Source: an uncultured Gammaproteobacteria bacterium
GTDB lineage: Bacteria; Patescibacteriota; Patescibacteriia; UBA9934; CAZDDW01
Length of the DNA stretch: 64,000 nt
Reading direction: 5' to 3'
Assembly: GCA_964504365.1 (NCBI GenBank)
Contig: CAZDDW010000001.1
Location: forward strand, 132,293-196,292
Shown: positions 19,688 to 29,771 of the stretch, piece by piece
How the letters are laid out: the number at the start of each line of letters is the position of its first letter
Position numbering within the stretch: position 1 is the first letter of the stretch
Translations under genes and position numbers: made by a program
Notes under the pieces: generated by a model
What the model was told of the DNA's origin: nothing
Databases searched by the model: none
What the model saw: only the letters and a program-made list of their open reading frames with translations

Positions 19688-21199
19688 TTATTTTAGCTTG
19701 ACCCCTAAAATGTTTTTTACCACCCCGGGATCGGCGTTGCCTTCGGTTTCTTTGATTACCATACCGATGAAGAATTTGAGTAGTTGCTCTTCACCGGCTT
19801 TGAAGCGAGCTGCTTCATCTGGGTGATTAGCTATTACTCGATCAACCGCGTCAGCGATAACAGATTCATCCTCAAGTCGTCCCAGTTTTTTATCTTCCAT
19901 AACATGCGATGGATCGATTCCACTGTTAACCATTTCCTCAAGTACAGTCATACCATTCTTGCTCGATAATTTGCCAGTGGCTAATAAAGTGATCAGTTCA
20001 GCAAAGTTCTCAGGAGTGATTTTTAAGATTCGGATGTCAATTGCTTGAGCCTTCATGATTCCACCCAGCTTTGACAACAACCAACCACCAACCAGCTTAG
20101 CAATTTTCAATCGATCTTTCTCGCTCGGTTCCTCAGCATCAGGCTGAGAGCGCAACCAGGCATCCAGCTCAGAAAACACATGTTCAGTATAATCAGCCAA
20201 AGCAGGGTCATCACAGATCTGTTTGGCATCGGCTTGGCTTAATAAATACTCATCAACAAAACGACGACGGCGTGATTCTGGTAGCTCAGGAATTCGACCC
20301 TTGGCTTCTTCAGTAATCTCAGTCAGGTCAAGCATCGGAATATCAGGCTCAGGGAAGTAGCGATAGTCAGCCGCACCTTCTTTGGTCCGTTGCAGCTCTG
20401 TTACCTGCTTGCTTTCGTTCCAACCACGTGTCTCCTCAACCTTTGGTGGTTCACCTGCCTCCCATAATTTAGTCTGCCGCTGAATCTCGTGTTCCAAAGC
20501 TCGTTCAACAGCTTTGAACGAGTTTAAGTTCTTGACTTCAATTTTTGTATTCAGCTCTTTGCTCTTTGGTCTGCCTTCGTCATCCAGTTCACGCAGACTA
20601 ATGTTTGCATCACAGCGCAAGTGGCCTTTTTCCATGTCCGCGTCAGAAATCTCTAAGTAACGAGCAATTAAACGCAGTTCCTGCAAAAAAGCCTTGGCCT
20701 CACCTGGTGTACGAATATCTGGTTCAGAAACAATTTCAGCCAGCGGTGTGCCACCACGATTATAATCAACATAGGTCTTGCCAGAAGGGTCGTGAATATT
20801 CTTGGCAGCATCTTCTTCAAGGTGTAAGCGGGTAATTCCAACGCGCACACTCTGCCGTGGTGCGTTTGGAATATGTATATCCAAGTAGCCATCCTGCATA
20901 ACCGGCATATCAAACTGTGAGATCTGATATCCTTTTGGCAGGTCAGGGTAGAAGTAGTTTTTACGATCAAATTTTGAAGCCGTGGCGATTGTTCCGTTCA
21001 AAGCCAGTCCGGCCAGAACACCCCAACTAACAGCCTGTTCGTTGGGTACAGGCAAGGTTCCGGGGTGACCCAAACAAACCGGACACACATTAGTGTTCGG
21101 TGCTTTGGCACTGTTGTGTGTGGCACAGCCACAAAACATTTTGGATTTGGTTTTCAATTGGACATGTATTTCAAGTCCGATGATCGGTTCTAGATTCAT
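19688..21199 (-). CDS. gatB: Asp/Glu-tRNA amidotransferase subunit B
   Basis: IGLEIHVQL, RKNYFYPDLPKGYQISQ, YRYFPEPD. Confidence 0.97.
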   Translation of the reverse strand: MNLEPIIGLEIHVQLKTKSKMFCGCATHNSAKAPNTNVCPVCLGHPGTLPVPNEQAVSWGVLAGLALNGTIATASKFDRKNYFYPDLPKGYQISQFDMPVMQDGYLDIHIPNAPRQSVRVGITRLHLEEDAAKNIHDPSGKTYVDYNRGGTPLAEIVSEPDIRTPGEAKAFLQELRLIARYLEISDADMEKGHLRCDANISLRELDDEGRPKSKELNTKIEVKNLNSFKAVERALEHEIQRQTKLWEAGEPPKVEETRGWNESKQVTELQRTKEGAADYRYFPEPDIPMLDLTEITEEAKGRIPELPESRRRRFVDEYLLSQADAKQICDDPALADYTEHVFSELDAWLRSQPDAEEPSEKDRLKIAKLVGGWLLSKLGGIMKAQAIDIRILKITPENFAELITLLATGKLSSKNGMTVLEEMVNSGIDPSHVMEDKKLGRLEDESVIADAVDRVIANHPDEAARFKAGEEQLLKFFIGMVIKETEGNADPGVVKNILGVKLK

Positions 21200-21954
21200 A
21201 CTAGGGTTTCTTTAACATTTCGATACAAAATTGTCCAGTAAATAATATAAAGTGGCAGGAAGAATATATTTATCACATTTTCGACTATTTCTGGCCATAC
21301 AGGGATTTGATCAGTTCCAATTACAGCAGGATCAAGACCAGTGATTAACATACCTAGGCCGATGAGGAGAGAGAGGGCAACTAGGTAAATAAAGACCAGG
21401 ATTAGTGGTCCAAAAATTATTCGACGGACCATAGACCAGAAGCGTCCAGTAACCAGAGATCGACTATAGCTCAAGGCTTCTACCCCTCGTTTATTATCAA
21501 GAACTACCGCAGTTTGCGCAAAAACAAACCATATACTAAAGATAATTCCAGGGATGATGAGTAGAAGAAAACCGCCAAGTACCGCCAAGGTGCTTATCAG
21601 GGCTACCAAAAGTACAGGAATAATCACTTGCCAACTAAGTCGATTAACTAATGCGGGATCTATCTTTTTCCTACTCAGCGTTTCATTAACTATGATCATG
21701 ATTGCGTTGCTGGCCCAGATGGTGATGATTCCTTGGCTAAAAATGATCCCGATATACAGCGGTAACCATGGTCCAAAGATCTGATCCACGTCAGGAACTA
21801 AAAGGTAAAAGACAACTAAAGCCAAGTAGGGAACTAAGATCCATGCTGCGTATCCTATTAGGGTAGCAAAGTTAGAACGATAAAACTGCCAGCTACTGGC
21901 AAGTAGTGGCAGCACTCGAATCATCTTTTGTTTTTTATTTACTGGCTTTGGCAC
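21196..21954 (-). CDS. Integral membrane protein (LLLIIPGI-type)
   Basis: Multiple TM helices, ALSYSRSLVTGRFW motif; similar to neighbour 21935-22810. Confidence 0.75.
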   Translation of the reverse strand: MPKPVNKKQKMIRVLPLLASSWQFYRSNFATLIGYAAWILVPYLALVVFYLLVPDVDQIFGPWLPLYIGIIFSQGIITIWASNAIMIIVNETLSRKKIDPALVNRLSWQVIIPVLLVALISTLAVLGGFLLLIIPGIIFSIWFVFAQTAVVLDNKRGVEALSYSRSLVTGRFWSMVRRIIFGPLILVFIYLVALSLLIGLGMLITGLDPAVIGTDQIPVWPEIVENVINIFFLPLYIIYWTILYRNVKETLV

Positions 21955-22810
21955 TTTGGTAGATTAGGTAGTCGGTAATGAGAATAATTGGATTAATCAC
22001 AACAGTGATAATAATCACGATTAAAGTGTTCAGGATCGAGAATAAACGTTCAGCCAAATCAATATTCAATCCAGCCATGCCCATAACCAAGGCATAGATA
22101 ATGGCTATAACAATAAACTGGACAATAGCAAAGACTAAAAAGTAAAGCACTTTTGGTAGAAGAACACGCCAAAGTATTGGCCAGAAGCGATGGCCAACTG
22201 CTTTACGACTTGCTGTAAAAGCGGCTCGTCCGCGCTGTTTATCTAAAACCAAAGCATAGCCGATAAAGAAATATCGTACAGCCCAGTAAAGGACCAGGAT
22301 GAACATTACTAAAAATCCAAGGATCAGGGCAATCGTGCCGATGCTTCCCAAAAGCGGCATTGTCTTTATCGCTCCAATAGCTATTAAGATAAAACCAGGT
22401 ACTGTAGCTAGGCCAGGTAGGAGTAGAAGTAAGGTGAACAAAATATTAACTAGCACAAATGGCCAAAAGTACTTCCAGCTGCTGCTGGCAACTTCTCGTA
22501 AGTTGCGTCGCTTTCCAGTCGCTTGTAGATCAATAAGACGAACCAGGGCAATGAAAACCCAGAATCCGATAACTGGGGCAACAATAAAACCAGTAAACAT
22601 GGCTAAGTAAATTCCAATGTCTTGGGCCAGAGTTAGTTCCGCATTGAGTGCCAGCTCGACTGATGTTGGGTATAGAGCAAAAGCAATTGCATAAAGAACG
22701 GCCAGAACTAGGAGCCAGGCTGAGACACTAATCAGTTCCACAAAATTTTTGCGGTAATGATCCCAGGCATGGTCAATGATCTGTCCGACAGTAATTAACT
22801 GTTGAGGCAT
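21935..22810 (-). CDS. Integral membrane protein, paralogue-like of 21196-21954
   Basis: Multiple TM helices, AFTASRKAVGHRFW motif. Confidence 0.75.
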   Translation of the reverse strand: MPQQLITVGQIIDHAWDHYRKNFVELISVSAWLLVLAVLYAIAFALYPTSVELALNAELTLAQDIGIYLAMFTGFIVAPVIGFWVFIALVRLIDLQATGKRRNLREVASSSWKYFWPFVLVNILFTLLLLLPGLATVPGFILIAIGAIKTMPLLGSIGTIALILGFLVMFILVLYWAVRYFFIGYALVLDKQRGRAAFTASRKAVGHRFWPILWRVLLPKVLYFLVFAIVQFIVIAIIYALVMGMAGLNIDLAERLFSILNTLIVIIITVVINPIILITDYLIYQSAKASK

Positions 22811-22821
22811 ATTTTTTTGTT

Positions 22822-23502
22822 TTATTTTTTGATTGATGAAATGATTTGCCAAATTTCGTTGTGGATGTCTTCTTTGCTGCGCAGCTCACCTTTGTCGTCG
22901 CAGGAGATTAGGTGACTGTTTGGGTAAACTTGAGCCAGGTGCAGGTAAGCTGCTTCTGCGTCGCGTAGATGTTGCTCATCTGTTTCATGAATATCAGTTT
23001 TCAAGTCGCTTTTCCAGCCACCGCGCCCCTCCTGTAGTTTAAGAGCGGTGTCTGTCGGTACGTGCAAGATAATGCAGATGTCTGGACGGGGGATACCAAA
23101 GACTTCGTGCTCAAGGTGATCATTCCAGTTAAAGAATTTTTCACGTTCAGCATGATCAGTAATCTTGCCGCCTTGGTGGCCCATGTTTGAAGTTACGTAG
23201 CGATCAGTAATCACCGTTTTGCCCTGATCTAGCCAGTCACGAATTTGAAATGATGCGTCAAAGCGGTCAACAGCGTAGAGGATTGAAGAAGCCTTTGGTC
23301 CGACTTCATGGGCTTTACCATACTTTCCAGATAAGTATTCTTCAGTTGGTCCAGCGCTTTTGTTGTTGTATTGCGGGAACGAGATCGTTTCATGCGCTCG
23401 CCCTTCTTTAAGCAGACGATTGAGCAAAAGTTTAGTCTGGGTACCTTTGCCAGTACTATCCGATCCATCGATTACAATAAAGAGGTTATCTGTGTTTTGC
23501 AT
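22822..23502 (-). CDS. tmk: Thymidylate kinase
   Basis: IDGSDSTGKGTQ P-loop, SFPQY, DRYVTSN. Confidence 0.9.
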   Translation of the reverse strand: MQNTDNLFIVIDGSDSTGKGTQTKLLLNRLLKEGRAHETISFPQYNNKSAGPTEEYLSGKYGKAHEVGPKASSILYAVDRFDASFQIRDWLDQGKTVITDRYVTSNMGHQGGKITDHAEREKFFNWNDHLEHEVFGIPRPDICIILHVPTDTALKLQEGRGGWKSDLKTDIHETDEQHLRDAEAAYLHLAQVYPNSHLISCDDKGELRSKEDIHNEIWQIISSIKK

Positions 23503-23572
23503 AAGCTTATTATAGCAGATTCACCGTGATTATAACATAAAATAAAGAAACCGCGGTGAAGCGGTTTGGAGT

Positions 23573-23869
23573 TCAGAGTTCCGTGGGGTCTGGTGCGCGC
23601 TGCGTCAGCCAGTTGAACGGAGTGCCAATCAGAGTGAACAGATCCATGGTCTCGGCTCCACAGCGGTTGCAGTGGGCGTGATCACCACCCCGGGTCTCGT
23701 TCATGTCCCAGTGCGGAGTAGCCGGACCGATCAGGTCTGGGAAGGATTCAGCACAGGCTTGGCAAACATCCGGAGCACTCATGGCCAGTCGGCTGCGCAG
23801 CCGATCGCCACACCAGCTACAATGGGCAGCTCCGTCTTCTCGTTGTTCATCACATCGTCCGCAGGCCAT
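23573..23869 (-). CDS. Orphan Cys-rich protein (four CxxC pairs)
   Basis: CGRC, CSWC, CQAC, CNRC; SD GGAGGT. Confidence 0.7.
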   Translation of the reverse strand: MACGRCDEQREDGAAHCSWCGDRLRSRLAMSAPDVCQACAESFPDLIGPATPHWDMNETRGGDHAHCNRCGAETMDLFTLIGTPFNWLTQRAPDPTEL

Positions 23870-23884
23870 GGTTACCTCCGAGTA

Positions 23885-24379
23885 TCAGTGGATAACGAAT
23901 TGAAGCATTGTCTTGACCGGTGGCAGTTCAACCACGATCAAGAAGCCGATATCTTTGGATTCACTTTCCGGATCCGGGTACCTGACAATTATGCCCAGTT
24001 CCTGCCCTGGCCAGACCCGCTGCAGCTCATCGGCAATCTCGTGCAGTTTGGCCTCAGAGGTGAAGTTGTGTCTCGCTATGTCTTCTGGGGTGAACGTTCT
24101 TGACCATTGGCCGTGCAAGAGCAGCTGACCAATCACGTCGTAGTGGTGAATGAATTCACGGATATCATCCGTGAGCAGGCTGGAAAGCTCATCTCCGAGA
24201 TCGTCAAAAGCTTGCTTGACACCTCTGCGCTGTTGCTCTGCCTTGATCGCAATCTCCCGGTTGTCGTCGACGCTATCGCCAATGTTGCCGGTCAGGGCAG
24301 CTTCTTTCAGCCACCGATTCAGGTTGTCAGCAACCATCTGCTGCCGACGAACGTGTAATCCTAATGCTCCAGGTTTCAT
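23885..24379 (-). CDS. Orphan hypothetical protein
   Basis: Promoter TTGACA near 24473, SD GGAAAGGAAG. Confidence 0.65.
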   Translation of the reverse strand: MKPGALGLHVRRQQMVADNLNRWLKEAALTGNIGDSVDDNREIAIKAEQQRRGVKQAFDDLGDELSSLLTDDIREFIHHYDVIGQLLLHGQWSRTFTPEDIARHNFTSEAKLHEIADELQRVWPGQELGIIVRYPDPESESKDIGFLIVVELPPVKTMLQFVIH

Positions 24380-24556
24380 TTTCTTCCTTTCCTTGGGTCG
24401 TTGGTTTCCCCTTCCTTGGGGTTGAAAGAGCGAGTAAGAGAAGAATGTTATCTTATTTAGGCTACTTTGTCAAGCCTGTCAAGATTAAATAAAAAACCCT
24501 GTACCAGATTCAGGGTCCATCGGTGCAGGGCAAGCCGCGATATGCGGTTAAGTGGT

Positions 24557-24985
24557 TTAGGCCTCGCCACCGCCTTCGGCTGGCCGGGCGATGCGAATTG
24601 TATATCTGGCAAAATAAGGACCAGCCTTGAGGTCAGTGGTTATGTTGTTGCCCCAAAGATCATTGAGTGGATTGAGGGTCTCACCAATCATTTCTGGATG
24701 ATCGCTGTCCAATTCGGGGAGTCCCCGACTGATCGGAATGCAGACCTCTCCATCTCTGAGCAATGTGATGATCAGATCGACGCTGACCAACTGAGCCAGT
24801 AGCCCATGCTGTTCCAGCCTGCGGTGCAGTATCTGGGCGCTGACTTTCAGGGCCGTGTCTTGCTCCAGTTTCTTCTGGGCAAGCTCAGCTTCGAGCCGGA
24901 CAATCTCACCCTTTCCGCGAGCATGGTTTGAATTGATTGCAGCCAGGGTTCCAGGTCTTATTTCGCCAGGAATAGGGGCACCCAT
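24557..24985 (-). CDS. Orphan hypothetical protein
   Basis: Promoter TTGACA near 25046, SD GGGAGGT. Confidence 0.65.
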   Translation of the reverse strand: MGAPIPGEIRPGTLAAINSNHARGKGEIVRLEAELAQKKLEQDTALKVSAQILHRRLEQHGLLAQLVSVDLIITLLRDGEVCIPISRGLPELDSDHPEMIGETLNPLNDLWGNNITTDLKAGPYFARYTIRIARPAEGGGEA

Positions 24986-25095
24986 ATTTACCTCCCTTGA
25001 AGGTCCATTAGGCTAAAACTTATCACCATTTTATCCTTTTTGTCAACCGTCCGGACATCTGGTAAGATACGGACGATAAAAATAAACATGTGGAT

Positions 25096-26868
25096 ATGTC
25101 TGATCTTAAACTAATCGAAGCGGAGGACCGGGTGGCTGTTTTTGAGGACCCGGAAACAGGTGAGCGCATGGTCGCTTATGGTGATGGAACGACTTTGCCG
25201 TTCCGTTCTTTTATTACTGAGCAGGTTTTCCGCTTAGCCGAGCGCTTCATGGTTTCGCCAAATAGCACAGTTACCGCATTGAATTCCGAGCTCTTGTCTG
25301 GGCTAATGGGTGCAGCTTTGGCTCGCCAAAGCCGAGCTCCAGGAACAGTAATCGACGTTATTGCCAAAGAGTTCTTGAATGAGAAAGGGGACTTGAAGAA
25401 GAAAAAGTTAGACAAGTTGATCGAACGGGTGCTCATTCAGTACGGCGATGATTCTGTTCAGGAGCTGGAAACTGCGACAGTGTTGTTTAATTCGATCTCG
25501 AACTTGGCTACAAAAGCAATCGAGGATCGTCGTCTTGGAGCATTTATCGAACAGTCCAGCCGTTATGTTATTTACACTGAACGCGATCGAGCTACTGGTA
25601 ACTGGTTGTACTATCGTGAGCCGCGGATTATGGCCAGTTCCTTGGGTGAGGATTATGTAAAGGTTATGGATGGCTGTTTTGAGCTGTATGCTGAGATGGT
25701 TGATAAATTGATTGAGTATTACGGAGAACTTAAGCCAATCGAATCTGTTGAGTACGCTGTGAAACCAAATGATTCTAAGAAATATCGCTTAGATGAGCTG
25801 GATGATGATCGGCAGCGTAAAGAGTTTAAACGAACCTATACTTTTGATCTGCGTACACGTGCTTGCGACACAGGTCGAGTGGTTCTGCCAGCTGCGACTT
25901 TAACTAATATGGCCATGGTGGCTAACGGTCGGGTTTATGAGCATTTGCTAAAGCGCTTGTATTCTGATCCAAAGCCAGAGTTTAAGGATGTGGCTGAGCG
26001 TTTGCATGGCACTTTGAACGAGATTATTCCAAAGTATGTTAAGCGTGCTGATACTGATGGAGTGCCAATGTGGAAGGCGATTGATCAGAAGTTGAGAGGA
26101 TTGTGTCGCGAGATCGAAGAGATTTGGGAGCCGGAGCAGGGGCGGGAAGAAGTTGATTGGGTTGAGTTGCCGCCGCTGGTTGCCGATACTCCAGAGGCGC
26201 GTCGTCATATGTGCGCGGCCATCTTGTATCCGCACGCCCGAGCTTCGTATCGCCGTATCGTTGAAGTTCTTGGCGGTGCGTCTGACGCAACCATTGAGCA
26301 GATTCTGGATGTGGCTATTGGTCAGCGCGAGAATCGACGTGATCGTTCTCCGCGTGGATTTGAGCACGGTTATCCGATTACTGTTGATGTTGTCGGTAAC
26401 TTTGGAATCTTCCGTGATTTGCATCGACATCGTATGTGTACTTTGCAACGACAGGTTCTTAATCCACATGTAGAAATGACTGTACCAGAAGATATTGAAA
26501 AGATTGGGTATGGCGATCAGGTGCGTGGTATGGCGGCTGAGGTGGCCGAGCTGTACGATAAGATCGAAGCTGAGATTGGAACTGATGCAGCAGAGTACGT
26601 TGTCCTTTTTGGTCACCACGTGCGTTTCATGTTTGGAATGAATTTACGCGAGGCCCAGCACTTGCTTGAGATCCGGACTGTGCCGCAGGGACACCCGGAT
26701 TATCGTCGGGTTTGCCAGAAGATTGATCAGGAAATAAAAAATCGCGCCCCATGGATCAATAAGATTGGCGCACTAGACTTTGTCGATCACGAACAGTACC
26801 ACTGGGCTCGAGCAGATGCAGAGGCCAGACAGTCACAGAAAGTCTTAGAGCGGAATTTAGAGAATTAA
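25096..26868 (+). CDS. thyX: FAD-dependent thymidylate synthase, tandem-domain ThyX type
   Basis: ARQSR, YGDDSVQEL, IEQSSRY, RDLHRHR, IRTVPQGHPDYR. Confidence 0.88.
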   Translation: MSDLKLIEAEDRVAVFEDPETGERMVAYGDGTTLPFRSFITEQVFRLAERFMVSPNSTVTALNSELLSGLMGAALARQSRAPGTVIDVIAKEFLNEKGDLKKKKLDKLIERVLIQYGDDSVQELETATVLFNSISNLATKAIEDRRLGAFIEQSSRYVIYTERDRATGNWLYYREPRIMASSLGEDYVKVMDGCFELYAEMVDKLIEYYGELKPIESVEYAVKPNDSKKYRLDELDDDRQRKEFKRTYTFDLRTRACDTGRVVLPAATLTNMAMVANGRVYEHLLKRLYSDPKPEFKDVAERLHGTLNEIIPKYVKRADTDGVPMWKAIDQKLRGLCREIEEIWEPEQGREEVDWVELPPLVADTPEARRHMCAAILYPHARASYRRIVEVLGGASDATIEQILDVAIGQRENRRDRSPRGFEHGYPITVDVVGNFGIFRDLHRHRMCTLQRQVLNPHVEMTVPEDIEKIGYGDQVRGMAAEVAELYDKIEAEIGTDAAEYVVLFGHHVRFMFGMNLREAQHLLEIRTVPQGHPDYRRVCQKIDQEIKNRAPWINKIGALDFVDHEQYHWARADAEARQSQKVLERNLEN

Positions 26869-27131
26869 CTTGATAGTATTGTTTCTAATTCCTGCTTCTC
26901 TTGTTCTAATATATTGTCCCAGTGTTGGTGGTCAGAATCATCAACACTGGTTTTTTGTTTGATGTTCTTGGCCAGTTTTTCTAACCATTGAGGATGTTTT
27001 TTTGTTAAATCAATCACTGCAGCTAACTCTTGATCATTAACTTTTTTAAAGAAAGACAATAAAAGCTGTTTATCCTGGAACGGTAAAATACTGTTATAAA
27101 TTATTCGATCAAGTTTTATAAAATTTTTCAT
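26865..27131 (-). CDS. Small hypothetical protein
   Basis: AT-rich ORF coupled to the upstream gene. Confidence 0.55.
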   Translation of the reverse strand: MKNFIKLDRIIYNSILPFQDKQLLLSFFKKVNDQELAAVIDLTKKHPQWLEKLAKNIKQKTSVDDSDHQHWDNILEQEKQELETILSS

Positions 27132-27132
27132 A

Positions 27133-28140
27133 TTATTCTACTAAGGTAACCTGTCCAGTAGAAAGATCAAGAACAATATTGCGAGCAATATCATATCCCA
27201 AGACATCTTCCCCGGTTATTTGAGCACCCAGCCTGTCAATAGCTTGGCGCAGATAGTATATATTCCTCTCAGACATACCACTCCATCCGCCAACCATTTG
27301 AACTTGTAGCCGAGATGAGTCCTCAATGTTTAATTCGCTGATCATGGCGTCCAAGCTCTGATCTGCTTTTTGAACTGGATCAAGATGAAGGACACCTCCA
27401 TGGCGTGATTCCGGGTCAAAGACAGTTATTCCAACACAAGGCCCCAGGCCAAAAGTAGCCAGCAGTTCTCCTTCCTGGCCAACAACAAATGTTCCTTGAC
27501 CAGCTGTTTGGTCTATTTCAAATTCTTCTCTTGGAAGAATTGTTTTTTTGTCCGGTGAGACCGGCTCAATTTGATCTATTTCTTGTGCCAGTTGCGGTTC
27601 GTTGGTCGATGTGTTGTCACGTGTAATAAAGCCTTCTTCGAGCAAGTATTGTATAAAAGGATTTTCCAAATCTGCCGCTTCAAGTCTAACTGCTGTCTGT
27701 TCCGGTCTGTCATAACTTTCTAATTCTCCATCTCTAATAAAGAAACTGACCAACCTGGTGTCATAATCACCATCCCGGACACCTTTTTTGATTACTCTGA
27801 TCAGCCCCTCTTTTGAGTGTTCAACCCTAATAAAAGGTGTGCTGTAAAGAAAATCACCAGTTCGGTGCTTGTATTCTGGGTTTGCCATCATTTGTTCAAG
27901 GGCCTGGATGGTCTCTTTGTTGCTCTCGATAGATTCTAAATGATTCTCATCAGTAGCCTCTTGTGCATGGCTGAATTCTGGTCGAGCAGCGCCAGCAGTA
28001 AAAGCTGTAATTAATAGCATTACTTTAGCAATATCGCGGGTGATTGGATTGTTTAGAAAATCTGCAAGAAAGAGTTTTTCTTTTCCCACACGCTCCTCGG
28101 CTTGTTCTGGCGATCTTAATGTTGTTTCTAAGCCTCTCAT
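27133..28140 (-). CDS. Exported or membrane-anchored protein with C-terminal CheD-like deamidase domain
   Basis: TFGLGPCVGITVFDP...GGVLHL, MVGG, EDVLG...R resemble CheD; hydrophobic segment near N-terminus. Confidence 0.7.
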   Translation of the reverse strand: MRGLETTLRSPEQAEERVGKEKLFLADFLNNPITRDIAKVMLLITAFTAGAARPEFSHAQEATDENHLESIESNKETIQALEQMMANPEYKHRTGDFLYSTPFIRVEHSKEGLIRVIKKGVRDGDYDTRLVSFFIRDGELESYDRPEQTAVRLEAADLENPFIQYLLEEGFITRDNTSTNEPQLAQEIDQIEPVSPDKKTILPREEFEIDQTAGQGTFVVGQEGELLATFGLGPCVGITVFDPESRHGGVLHLDPVQKADQSLDAMISELNIEDSSRLQVQMVGGWSGMSERNIYYLRQAIDRLGAQITGEDVLGYDIARNIVLDLSTGQVTLVE

Positions 28141-28715
28141 TATTTTAGGTTTTCTATAAGTTTTGCGATCTTTTCTTGATAATCCTCAAGTGTCCCGTCG
28201 TTGACTATTGTGTAATCAGCCATGGCAATTGGTCCGCCTTTGGCCAGATTCTCCAGCTCAGCGTAGTCACGGCTCTTAGCCTCTTCGCGACTGAACCCAC
28301 GATTGCGCAGATCAGGATCATCTGCACCAGAGCTTCGAGCTTCAAGTCGGGCATAGCGCATTTTTGGTGGGGCATAGATAGCAACTACAATCAGGTTTTC
28401 ACCATATCGTTCTTTAAGCACTTTGTATTCGTCCCAGCTGTACAGCCCGTCACCAACTACATGTCCCTGCTCAAGCAGCTGATCGAACTTTGGAATATTT
28501 AGAATAGCAAACGCAGCCATGCCGTGTTCTTTGCGGAACCCTTCACGAATTTCGCGCTCTAGTTCCTCGCTTGGTTCTTGCCCGCGGCGTTTGACTTCGT
28601 CGAGCGTGATCTGACCAAAACGCAGGAATCCATATCCGCGCTCAACCAAAGCATCGGCCAAGACGCTCTTGCCACTGCCGCACATGCCAACAATGGCTAC
28701 TAATTTATTTGCCAT
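28140..28715 (-). CDS. Nucleoside monophosphate/dephospho-CoA kinase-like P-loop protein
   Basis: VGMCGSGKS, DGLYSWDE, GGPIAMADYTIVN. Confidence 0.8.
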   Translation of the reverse strand: MANKLVAIVGMCGSGKSVLADALVERGYGFLRFGQITLDEVKRRGQEPSEELEREIREGFRKEHGMAAFAILNIPKFDQLLEQGHVVGDGLYSWDEYKVLKERYGENLIVVAIYAPPKMRYARLEARSSGADDPDLRNRGFSREEAKSRDYAELENLAKGGPIAMADYTIVNDGTLEDYQEKIAKLIENLK

Positions 28716-28718
28716 ATT

Positions 28719-29666
28719 TCAAATTGCTAATTTAACTTCACCCTCAGGAGCCTTTGTCCCCTCTACGCCGTTAGAAAACATTTTCTGCACTTCTTTATTC
28801 CAGCGAGGATTTTCTTTATGAATATCAACTTCAATTCCGGCTCTCTCTAAATATCTTATCACATCTGTGTTTCGATAGACCCTGCCCATAACCACTCGCT
28901 TGATTCCAGCAGCAACAATGTATTTAGCGCAGTGGATACAAGGGCTGAATTTCGTGTATAGAGTTGCTCCGGCAGTCGTTGCCCCTGGCACAATAGCTGC
29001 TTGCAAAATTGTATTATGCTCACCATGAATCGTACGCACACAATGTCCCTCTTCCATTAGGTGTCCTTCAGCCTCATCACAATGAGGAAGCCCAGGAGGA
29101 GATCCGTTGTATCCGGTCGACATAATTCGATTATCTTTAACTAAAACAGCGCCAGATCGCAGTCGGTCGCAAGTGCTACGAGTTCCAACAATTCTACAGA
29201 TGGCCATGTAATAATCATCCCAGCCTGGTCGAACATATTTTGGTTCAGCCTGTTTTTCAATTGTGGCCCAAAGTTTTTGTTTTAGATCAGCCAGGTCTTT
29301 ATATTTAACAACTGTGATCTCCGGAGTCCCGAGCAGCATGCGAGAAACTTGCTGGTCCTCTCGAACCAGGACGATAATCGGAATCTGTTTTTCATGAGCA
29401 AGCATAATCTCCATGCCATTGCCCGTGCTTGGGTTGGTGCATTCCAGAACAACCAGATCCGATTGTTTAACCGCGTAGTAGTCTTTATGAAAAATCTCCG
29501 CTGGAGTGATATCCGGGGAGTCCAAGTTTTCCTTATTGGTCTCCTTTTCTGCGCAGAATACATTGTATCCTGCCTCCTCGACTACCTTAATCATGGCATC
29601 AACCACACCTTCACCAGGTCGTGTATCAGCCACTGTAATTGGTCCCCCTACATATGCTGTTTTCAT
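28719..29666 (-). CDS. Nucleoside 2-deoxyribosyltransferase-like domain fused to dCMP deaminase
   Basis: N-terminal YVGGP...D...SDLVVLE...STGNGMEI; C-terminal RPGWDDYYM, TGYNG, HGE, PCIHC. Confidence 0.88.
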   Translation of the reverse strand: MKTAYVGGPITVADTRPGEGVVDAMIKVVEEAGYNVFCAEKETNKENLDSPDITPAEIFHKDYYAVKQSDLVVLECTNPSTGNGMEIMLAHEKQIPIIVLVREDQQVSRMLLGTPEITVVKYKDLADLKQKLWATIEKQAEPKYVRPGWDDYYMAICRIVGTRSTCDRLRSGAVLVKDNRIMSTGYNGSPPGLPHCDEAEGHLMEEGHCVRTIHGEHNTILQAAIVPGATTAGATLYTKFSPCIHCAKYIVAAGIKRVVMGRVYRNTDVIRYLERAGIEVDIHKENPRWNKEVQKMFSNGVEGTKAPEGEVKLAI

Positions 29667-29771
29667 ACGGTGTTCCTTTAATTTATATCGAACCCAATTT
29701 ACCAGATTTACTGTGTTCGGGCAAACAAAGAACCCACCGGTTGGGGTGGGCGAGTGAGCTGGGGGCTAGAT

